Shown here piece by piece: positions 9,912-17,329 of a stretch of 64,000 bases of DNA (position 1 is the first letter of the stretch; the number at the start of each line of letters is the position of its first letter). The DNA comes from Thaumarchaeota archaeon UBA223. GTDB taxonomy: Archaea; Thermoproteota; Nitrososphaeria; Nitrososphaerales; UBA57. The notes beneath the pieces were generated by a model. It was not told where the DNA came from. It ran no database searches and saw only the letters and a list, made by a program, of their open reading frames with translations. The translations under genes were made by a program, and so were the position numbers. The stretch covers positions 1,008 to 65,007 of the forward strand of contig DAHJ01000022.1 of assembly GCA_002495905.1 (NCBI GenBank), written 5' to 3'.

Positions 9912-10803
9912 TGACTCTTGCTCCTGTATGATTAATTGGAGAGAACAAAATATGACCAGTAATATTAGATTTGAGGAATAAATTATAAAATTCATTAGTT
10001 TCATTAACATTAAGAATAGAGAAAAGTGAATTGCCAAACAGATTCATACTACAAGTCATATCAAATCTATCAGCAAGTTTCATAAATTTATAAAATTCTG
10101 ATGGAAAGAAATTAATTTGTAAAGAGAAGTTTCTAGATAATTCCAAGAATTTATCAGGACTAGGATCATTAGTTAAATGTTGTAAAGAATTTTTACCAGC
10201 CATATTAATTAATTTAATTAGTTTCTGATTATTTAGAATATTAGAAGTGGACAATGAACCTGAAGTAAAGGATACTACAACTTTATTATTGCCAACGGGA
10301 ATTTGTCTAACTTTACCAATTCCTGGAGCGCCTGGATGGGAACGAATTTGTACACCTCCATGATATGCGCCTAAAACAGTTCCTAAACCTGTTCTGCAAT
10401 AGATTTCAGCAATGTGAGCTTTCTGAGCTGCTTCAGTTTTAGTAAAACCAAGATTAAGTAATTCATTAAGCGCATAAGAAAGACTAAGTGCAGAAGAACC
10501 ACTAGAACCATATCCAGATAGAATCGGAATATTGACAAAATGATTAATGACAATTTCATGTTGGAAATTTGAGTGGTTAATCATTTGATTTACAACGGAT
10601 TTAGAAACAATGGCATTGGGATAAGGTACTCCATTGATATTAATTCTTAATTTGAATTTATTAGAAGGTAAAGCATCAACAGTAGTCTCAACACCTTTTT
10701 CAAGACAAACACCTGCTCCAGTAGAACCAGTTAATAATTGATTTTTTGAATGATTAACTTTAAAGAAACCTGTAATGTAGCCGGGAGAAAATGAAGTAAT
10801 CAA
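9904..10803 (-). CDS. pantoate kinase (archaeal PoK, GHMP kinase family)
   Basis: 299 aa. The GHMP motif is SGYGSSGSSALSLSYAL. The gene is adjacent and translationally coupled to PPS. Confidence 0.8.
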   Translation of the reverse strand: MITSFSPGYITGFFKVNHSKNQLLTGSTGAGVCLEKGVETTVDALPSNKFKLRININGVPYPNAIVSKSVVNQMINHSNFQHEIVINHFVNIPILSGYGSSGSSALSLSYALNELLNLGFTKTEAAQKAHIAEIYCRTGLGTVLGAYHGGVQIRSHPGAPGIGKVRQIPVGNNKVVVSFTSGSLSTSNILNNQKLIKLINMAGKNSLQHLTNDPSPDKFLELSRNFSLQINFFPSEFYKFMKLADRFDMTCSMNLFGNSLFSILNVNETNEFYNLFLKSNITGHILFSPINHTGARVID

Positions 10804-10898
10804 GATATAATTACAATATACAGCGATATTAATTAAAATTAATCAGGATTTAGTTAGATTTTCGAAAATGTTAAAACTAATAGCAGTTATTTCCTAAT

Positions 10899-12545
10899 AT
10901 GCAGACTAATAAGCAAAATTTGGGTCGGCAAAATAAATTCATATTTGTAACTGGCGGAGTGCTTTCCGGAATAGGAAAGGGAATTGTTACAGCGTCTATA
11001 GCAAAACTTCTTGATTTATATGGAATATCTACTACTTGTGTAAAAATTGATCCTTACCTAAATGTTGATGCAGGGACAATGAATCCATTTGCGCATGGTG
11101 AGGTATTTGTAACAGATGATGGAGGAGAAACGGATATGGACATTGGAACATATGAAAGGTTTTTGAATAAAGAATTATCAAAAATTCATAATTTAACTAC
11201 TGGACAGGTTTATTTAGATGTAATTGAATCAGAACGAAAGGGAGATTTTCTAGGTGAATGTGTACAAATTATTCCGAATATAACAAATTCAATAAAAGAA
11301 AAAATAAGACGAGTTGCGGAAGTTCAAGAAAATGGAATTGTATTAGTAGAATGTGGAGGAACTGTAGGAGATATTGAGAGTTTACCATTTGTAGAGGCGA
11401 TAAGGCAATTAAGATTAGAACTTGGTAAAGAGAACTCCATATTTATTCATGTAACATTAGCGCCAATAATGGGTCCAGTTGGTGAAGAAAAGACAAAACC
11501 AACTCAACATAGTGTTCAAGAATTAAGGAGAATAGGCATACAGCCAGATATAATTGTGGTGAGAAGTGATAAACAATTATCATCTACATCCAAAAAGAAG
11601 ATTTCATTATTTACAAGTGTAGAATTAGAGAGTATAATTTCTAATCCTGATGCAGAATCAATTTACAGTGTTCCTGAAAATTTGTATAATGATGGAATAA
11701 TTACGTCAATTATTGATAAATTGAAATTACCATCTAGAGAAATGAATTGGAAGGATTGGAAGGCAGTTTCGAAGACATTTGGTAAGAATAAGAAAACTAT
11801 CAATATTGGAATGGTAGGTAAATATGTATCATTAACAGATAGCTATGTCAGTGTAAATGAAGCATTATCACATGCAGTAGCAAGTATGAATTGCAATATT
11901 AAATTGGAATGGGTTGAAAGTGAAGATTTTGAGAATGATATAGAAAATCTAAAGAAATTAGACAAATATGATGGAATAATTGTGCCTGGAGGATTTGGAA
12001 AAAGAGGAACAGATGGAATAATGTTAGCGGCAGATTATGCGAGGAATAATGCAATACCGTTCTTAGGATTATGTTTTGGTTTCCAATTAGCACTAATTGC
12101 ATTTGCTAGATATGTATGTGGATTAGATGATGCAAATTCAATAGAATTAGATCCAAAAACAAAAAATCCTATTATTAACATATTGCCATCACAAAAAAAG
12201 ATTAAAGAAAAAGGTGGAAGTATGAGATTAGGAGGCCACGATATAGAATTAGTTAAAGGTACACTTGCGCATAAAATTTATGGGAAAAATATGATTAGAC
12301 AACGACATAGACACAGATTTGAATTTAATAAAGAATATCAAGAATTGTTTGAAAAAAATAATATTACATTATCTGGTTTTAGTGATGGGGGAAGACGTAC
12401 AGAAATATTAGAAATTTCTAATCATCCATTCTACATGGCTACACAATATCATCCAGAATTTCTAAGTAGACCAGGTGAACCTGAACCGATTTATAATAAT
12501 TTCATCAAAGCGGTAATTGAAAAGAAGAATTCAATGAAAAAATAA
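10899..12545 (+). CDS. pyrG: CTP synthase
   Basis: 548 aa. FIFVTGGVLSGIGKGI at the N-terminus; the glutamine amidotransferase domain carries GLCFGFQ and YHPEF. Confidence 0.97.
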   Translation: MQTNKQNLGRQNKFIFVTGGVLSGIGKGIVTASIAKLLDLYGISTTCVKIDPYLNVDAGTMNPFAHGEVFVTDDGGETDMDIGTYERFLNKELSKIHNLTTGQVYLDVIESERKGDFLGECVQIIPNITNSIKEKIRRVAEVQENGIVLVECGGTVGDIESLPFVEAIRQLRLELGKENSIFIHVTLAPIMGPVGEEKTKPTQHSVQELRRIGIQPDIIVVRSDKQLSSTSKKKISLFTSVELESIISNPDAESIYSVPENLYNDGIITSIIDKLKLPSREMNWKDWKAVSKTFGKNKKTINIGMVGKYVSLTDSYVSVNEALSHAVASMNCNIKLEWVESEDFENDIENLKKLDKYDGIIVPGGFGKRGTDGIMLAADYARNNAIPFLGLCFGFQLALIAFARYVCGLDDANSIELDPKTKNPIINILPSQKKIKEKGGSMRLGGHDIELVKGTLAHKIYGKNMIRQRHRHRFEFNKEYQELFEKNNITLSGFSDGGRRTEILEISNHPFYMATQYHPEFLSRPGEPEPIYNNFIKAVIEKKNSMKK

Positions 12546-12851
12546 TCACTCAGTATTAGAATTAAGTAGAATAAACAATTTACCATAATATCCGAGATTA
12601 AATTGAATTTGATTTCGAAATTCATTAATGTAGCCTTTTTCAAGTCTTATTTCAGAATTTATTTTAATTTTTTCAATCATTGATCCCCATATATTAACAG
12701 GAATAGAACCAGAGTCATCTTGAACAGTTATAGTTGTAACTTTTTCTACACTACCGGATTTTAGAGAGACGTCACGAGATTGTCCAACATAGGTAACAAC
12801 TCCTCCAATGTTTACGTTTTTTTGATCGTTTTGAAGTTCAGAGATTCTCAC
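12546..12851 (-). CDS. single OB-fold nucleic-acid-binding protein (SSB/RPA-like)
   Basis: 101 aa. The pattern VNIGGVVTYVG...VTTITVQDDSGSIPVNIWG is typical of a tRNA-anticodon/RPA-type OB fold. It overlaps pdxT by 4 nt. Confidence 0.55.
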   Translation of the reverse strand: MRISELQNDQKNVNIGGVVTYVGQSRDVSLKSGSVEKVTTITVQDDSGSIPVNIWGSMIEKIKINSEIRLEKGYINEFRNQIQFNLGYYGKLFILLNSNTE

Positions 12852-13465
12852 AGTGTTTCTCGAACCAATTCAATAAGGTATTTATGAAATATTACAGTGT
12901 TGGAGAGTTCTGGATGAAAACAAGTTCCAATAATATTCCCTTGTTTAACAGCTACAATTTCATCATTCAACTTTGCGAGGATTTCAACGTTTGAACCAAT
13001 ACTTCTTATACGTGGTGCACGAATGAAAACACCTGTAAATTTATCCAAGCCAAATTTAGGAATTGGGAATTCAGATTGAAAAGATTCATGCTGACGGCCA
13101 AATGCATTACGTTCAGTTTCAATATCAAGTGATCCTAGAAGTTTTTGTGATGTATTTGAAGAATTTTGAACAATTTGGTTTGATAAGAAAATCAATCCTG
13201 CACAAGTACCTAAAACAGGCATACCTTGAGTAATCTTCTTTTTAATAGAAGAATGAAAGTCAGAGACGTTAGATAATTTGCCAATAGAAGTGCTTTCGCC
13301 TCCAGGAATAATTAATCCATTAATTGAGTCAATTTCTTCTGGATATTTGATTACACTAACAATTCCGTCAATAGTAATTTCGTGGAATGCAGATTTGATA
13401 GAAGCAACATGTTCTTCTACGTCGCCTTGTACACCAAGAATTCCAATGTTAACTTTTTTCATCAT
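12848..13465 (-). CDS. pdxT: pyridoxal 5'-phosphate synthase, glutaminase subunit PdxT
   Basis: 205 aa. [18 protein letters not shown] (catalytic Cys) and FHPE are present. Confidence 0.93.
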   Translation of the reverse strand: MMKKVNIGILGVQGDVEEHVASIKSAFHEITIDGIVSVIKYPEEIDSINGLIIPGGESTSIGKLSNVSDFHSSIKKKITQGMPVLGTCAGLIFLSNQIVQNSSNTSQKLLGSLDIETERNAFGRQHESFQSEFPIPKFGLDKFTGVFIRAPRIRSIGSNVEILAKLNDEIVAVKQGNIIGTCFHPELSNTVIFHKYLIELVRETL

Positions 13466-14415
13466 ATACCACGGTCCTGCATTTTAAAGTCTAAGTTATC
13501 TCCAAGTCCAACCATAGATTTTTTTTCATCAATCATTTCTTGTGCTTCAGCAACCACGTCAACTTTATCATAAAAAGTAGTAGCAAGTACAATCGCAGAT
13601 GCTCTTTCCAAAGGATCAGAAGATTTGTAAATTCCTGAACCAACAAAAACCCCGTCGCAACCAAGTTTCATCATTAGTGCTGCATCAGCAGGAGTTGTTA
13701 TTCCACCTGCAGCAAAATTTACAACAGGTAGTTTGCCAAGACGGCCAGTTTCAGCAACAAGTTCATAAGAGGTATTTAGTTCTTTAGAAATACGGAATAA
13801 TTCTTGTTTATCTTGTTTTTGATAGAAGTAAGATATTTTTGCAATGTCTTGATTAATTGCACGCATATGTCTAACAGCTTCCACGACATTTCCTGTACCT
13901 GGTTCGCCTTTAGTACGCATCATAGATGCTCCTTCTTCAATACGGCGAAGAGCTTGTCCTAAATCTTTAGCGCCGTCGACAAACGGAGTAGTAAAATCCC
14001 ATTTCCAAATATGAGAAGATTCATCTGCAGGAGTTAAGACTTCTGATTCATCAATCATATCAACACCAGAATTTTCAAGTATGATAGCTTCAGAAATATG
14101 ACCTATTCGGCATTTAGCCATAACAGGAATAGAAACACTATTAACTACATCTTTAATGATTTTCATGCCTGCAGTTCGTGCAACGCCGCCAGATTGACGT
14201 ACTTCAACAGGTAATTTATCAAGAACCATAACAGCTACTGCGCCAGCTTCTTCAGCAATTTGAGCTTGATTAACATCAGTAACATCCATAATAACTCCAT
14301 GTTTAAGCATATGAGCAAAACCACGTTTCAGTAAAATGGTGCCAGTTTGAGAATTAAGATTATCAGAATGTTTTCGAGAAAGTAAAGGATTTTGTGGTCC
14401 AACTAATGAGATCAT
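13462..14415 (-). CDS. pdxS: pyridoxal 5'-phosphate synthase, lyase subunit PdxS
   Basis: 317 aa. [31 protein letters not shown] and [11 protein letters not shown] motifs are present. Confidence 0.96.
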   Translation of the reverse strand: MISLVGPQNPLLSRKHSDNLNSQTGTILLKRGFAHMLKHGVIMDVTDVNQAQIAEEAGAVAVMVLDKLPVEVRQSGGVARTAGMKIIKDVVNSVSIPVMAKCRIGHISEAIILENSGVDMIDESEVLTPADESSHIWKWDFTTPFVDGAKDLGQALRRIEEGASMMRTKGEPGTGNVVEAVRHMRAINQDIAKISYFYQKQDKQELFRISKELNTSYELVAETGRLGKLPVVNFAAGGITTPADAALMMKLGCDGVFVGSGIYKSSDPLERASAIVLATTFYDKVDVVAEAQEMIDEKKSMVGLGDNLDFKMQDRGI

Positions 14416-14483
14416 TCTTATTCAATATCTCATAGATATAATAAGTAAAAAGTATTTTTTTGTTATTTAACTCAATTAATAAA

Positions 14484-15584
14484 TTATAACTTTTCGGATT
14501 TTTCCCAAGGAACATTTTTATTACCAAAATGTCCATAGATGCAATTTTTTGAATATTCGGTGAAATTGAATAAATCAAATTTTCGAATGATGCCGAGAGG
14601 TGTCAAGTCTTGAGATTCAGTTATCAAATCAGCAATTGATTGATTATCTCCATTAGAATCAACATAAAGTGAAGTAGGCTCTTTAATACCTATAGCATAA
14701 CTCAATTGTATACTGCACCAATCTGCAAGTTCGCTTAAGACAACATTTTTGGCAAGCCAACGAGCCATATATGCAGCTGATCGATCTACTTTAGTTGGAT
14801 CTTTACCCGAGAATGCGCCACCGCCATGAGGAGCATATCCTCCATAAGTATCTGCAATAATTTTTCTTCCCGTAAGGCCGGAATCACCTTGAGGACCACC
14901 AATAACAAAGTTGCCAGTTGGATTAATTAGAAATTCAGTACGAGTACGATCGATTAGATTACCGCAGGATTCTAGAATAGCAGTTTCAGCAAGTTCCTTG
15001 GCAGAATTATTAGCGCCGTTAGCATGTTGAGTTGAAACTACAACTTTGGCTATGTGTTCAGGAACATTATCTCTATAAACAATACTTACTTGACTTTTAG
15101 AATCAGGGCCAAGAATATCAGGATTTTTATTTCGAAGAATTTGTAAATGTTTCAATATTTCATGTGAATAATGGATAGGGGCAGGAAGAAGAGAAGGAGT
15201 ATCTTTACATGCATAGCCAAACATTAAACCTTGATCTCCTGCACCAAAATCATCAGTTCCTAATGCAATATCAGCCGATTGGTTATGCAAACGATTATCA
15301 ATTTTCAGATTTTTCCAATGAAAGCCGTCTTGTTCATAACCTATCTCGCGAACTTTATCGCGAATAATAGATTCGACTTCATCATTATCGGGATTAAAGT
15401 TTTTAGTTTCACCGAAGACAAGTACATAATTAGTAGTATTAGCAGTTTCAATACCACAACGAGTAGTTTCATCACCTGAAGACAATGCAGCATCAACTAG
15501 TGCATCGCTAATTTGATCAGCGACTTTGTCAGGATGTCCTGAAGATACTGATTCGGAGGTAAAAGTAAAATTATTATTATTCAT
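14484..15584 (-). CDS. metK: S-adenosylmethionine synthetase, bacterial/eukaryotic type
   Basis: 366 aa. SESVSSGHPDKVADQISDA, GAGDQGLMFGYA and GGGAFSGKDPTKVDRSAAY are present. Confidence 0.95.
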   Translation of the reverse strand: MNNNNFTFTSESVSSGHPDKVADQISDALVDAALSSGDETTRCGIETANTTNYVLVFGETKNFNPDNDEVESIIRDKVREIGYEQDGFHWKNLKIDNRLHNQSADIALGTDDFGAGDQGLMFGYACKDTPSLLPAPIHYSHEILKHLQILRNKNPDILGPDSKSQVSIVYRDNVPEHIAKVVVSTQHANGANNSAKELAETAILESCGNLIDRTRTEFLINPTGNFVIGGPQGDSGLTGRKIIADTYGGYAPHGGGAFSGKDPTKVDRSAAYMARWLAKNVVLSELADWCSIQLSYAIGIKEPTSLYVDSNGDNQSIADLITESQDLTPLGIIRKFDLFNFTEYSKNCIYGHFGNKNVPWEKSEKL

Positions 15585-15596
15585 AATGAAATAATG

Positions 15597-15866
15597 TCAC
15601 ATTAGTATATCAGGTCTAATATTAATAAATAAAACATTATTTCCACGGATAACAACTTTGCCAAAGTTTGCAGACAATGACCCATCGGCAAATTCTTCTG
15701 CGTCATTCAGAATTACATTCATATAAGCATCGACATTAGTCATTTTGCCACGATATTCAATATCATTTTTTAATCGAACCATGACATTTTTGTTAACGGA
15801 TCTTTGTAACTTGTTAAGTGGCTTTGTTATCTTTGTGTCTGAATTGTTGTTAAAGTTGTTACTCAT
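15597..15866 (-). CDS. archaeal Sm-like (LSm) protein
   Basis: 89 aa. The Sm1/Sm2 pattern is VMVRLKNDIEYRGKMTNVDAYMNVILNDAEE...VVIRGNNVLFI. Confidence 0.85.
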   Translation of the reverse strand: MSNNFNNNSDTKITKPLNKLQRSVNKNVMVRLKNDIEYRGKMTNVDAYMNVILNDAEEFADGSLSANFGKVVIRGNNVLFINIRPDILM

Positions 15867-15901
15867 CTAAGAAAAAAACACGTAAACAAAAATAAAAAGC
15901 T

Positions 15902-15920
15902 TGGTATTCTATAAATACCA
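15902..15920. promoter_or_regulatory. 7-bp inverted repeat TGGTATT-ctata-AATACCA overlapping a TATA-like box upstream of the radB-like gene
   Basis: Read directly. The arms are 15902-15908 and 15914-15920, and the spacer ctata plus aaata forms CTATAAATA. This lies about 28 nt upstream of the ATG at 15941, in the divergent Sm/radB-like spacer. Confidence 0.35.
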
Positions 15921-15940
15921 TATATTTAAGGAAGATTCAG

Positions 15941-16666
15941 ATGAATGACTATTTTGCCAATATTAGCGGATTTGAATTATTAGATCATAAAAAACAAAGA
16001 AAGATAACAAGGCATAAAACAGGATTAAAGGAACTAGATGTGGTTACATATGGATTTCCAACAGGTACAATTATAGATTTGTTTGGACCCAATTCTTCAG
16101 GTAAATCACAAATCTTATTCCAAACAGCGGTAAATACATCAATTAAGAATAAAAAAATTCTATTTATTGATTCATCAGGAAATTTTCGACCTGAAAGAAT
16201 TATTCAACTCAGTGAAGCAAAGAATTATGATTCCAAACTAGTCTTGGATAATATTTACACTTATAGATGTAATTCGTTAGATAAACAATTAGAAACTATT
16301 TCTATGATTAAGGAATTTATTGACAACAACAAAATAACTTGTGTAATGATAGATGATTTAACAAGGAATTTTACTGAACATCAATTTGAATTAAAGAATG
16401 AGATGCGTAATATATTAAGAAGTTATATTAGAGAACTATCAGATTTAGCATGGAATAGAAATATTGCAATAATAACAACAAATACTATAAGAGCAAGAAT
16501 TGACAATTCAAACTTGAAAGAACATGAAACATATGATTTCTTAATAAATAGACTAATACATCTGAAAGTTAGTTTAAAAAGAATGGATGACATATGGTTA
16601 GCAAGAAATAATGATGGAAAACAATGTATTTTTAATATTTCAAAAGAGGGGATAGGTAAAGTCTAA
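15941..16666 (+). CDS. RadB-like RecA-superfamily ATPase (Rad51/RadA paralog)
   Basis: 241 aa. Walker A is LFGPNSSGKSQ and Walker B-like is CVMIDDL. The size and single-domain layout are typical of archaeal RadB-type paralogs. Confidence 0.65.
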   Translation: MNDYFANISGFELLDHKKQRKITRHKTGLKELDVVTYGFPTGTIIDLFGPNSSGKSQILFQTAVNTSIKNKKILFIDSSGNFRPERIIQLSEAKNYDSKLVLDNIYTYRCNSLDKQLETISMIKEFIDNNKITCVMIDDLTRNFTEHQFELKNEMRNILRSYIRELSDLAWNRNIAIITTNTIRARIDNSNLKEHETYDFLINRLIHLKVSLKRMDDIWLARNNDGKQCIFNISKEGIGKV

Positions 16667-17049
16667 TGTCAAAAGAATCAATTAATGAATGTATAGAAAA
16701 GATTATTGCAAAAGATTTTACTCGTGCAAAAGCAATAATATCAGAACATCTGAAGAATTCAAAAAATGATAAAATAATTGGTTCTACTTTTGCGTTAGAA
16801 GGTATAATCACAAAATATTCAGATAAAAATTTAAACATAGAGGATTCATTAGAAGATTTTAAAGTAATGAAGAAAAGTATTAATTCAAAATTATCATCGG
16901 TGTGGATAGATGATTTTGAAAAAGGTTACTTTTCAGTGTGGAAGATATTTACAAAAAATGCAGTAGAAGAACTAGATAAAGAAAGTATTGTAGATAATCC
17001 AAGTGAAAAGGAACAATCCGATGAAACTGCCGATTCCAGTAGTGAATAA
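16666..17049 (+). CDS. hypothetical helical protein with acidic tail, translationally coupled to the radB-like gene
   Basis: 127 aa. Its ATG overlaps the upstream stop (TAATG). I recognise no family. The C-terminal 26 codons overlap the convergent membrane-protein gene. Confidence 0.45.
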   Translation: MSKESINECIEKIIAKDFTRAKAIISEHLKNSKNDKIIGSTFALEGIITKYSDKNLNIEDSLEDFKVMKKSINSKLSSVWIDDFEKGYFSVWKIFTKNAVEELDKESIVDNPSEKEQSDETADSSSE

Positions 17050-17262
17050 TTTAAGACGTTCACCTTCTTTGATTTTTGACAGAAACATCTGACGAACTAT
17101 TGCAGTACTGAGTAAATACATAGAAATTCCAAAGAATATACCCATATTAGCGTCTGGATTGTCAGATGTAAAACCAAGAAAGCCAGCAGAAAAACCAGAA
17201 ATTATGCCAAAAGCGACTCTTATCCAGAAAATCATATTAAATACAAAGTTAGAATCAGACAT
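16972..17262 (-). CDS. small membrane protein with 2-3 TM segments, EMC6/Rab5ip-like pattern (tentative)
   Basis: 96 aa. Gly-rich TM FGIISGFSAGFLGFT, a second TM GIFFGISMYLLSTAIV, a basic loop, and a third segment LFTTGIGSFIGLFLFTWIIYNTF. Confidence 0.6.
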   Translation of the reverse strand: MSDSNFVFNMIFWIRVAFGIISGFSAGFLGFTSDNPDANMGIFFGISMYLLSTAIVRQMFLSKIKEGERLKLFTTGIGSFIGLFLFTWIIYNTFFI

Positions 17263-17329
17263 GTTAATAATTTAATATAAAAATACAAGAAGATATAAAA
17301 CTATATGAATAATATTAATTGGGATTCGA

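Noticed and set aside
9912-10037. A 42-codon N-terminal extension of the PPS ORF that would add a hydrophobic segment.
   Set aside because: It overlaps the 3' end of pantoate kinase and has no family counterpart. A TTG start just before the conserved IPKDHPR motif explains the gene better.
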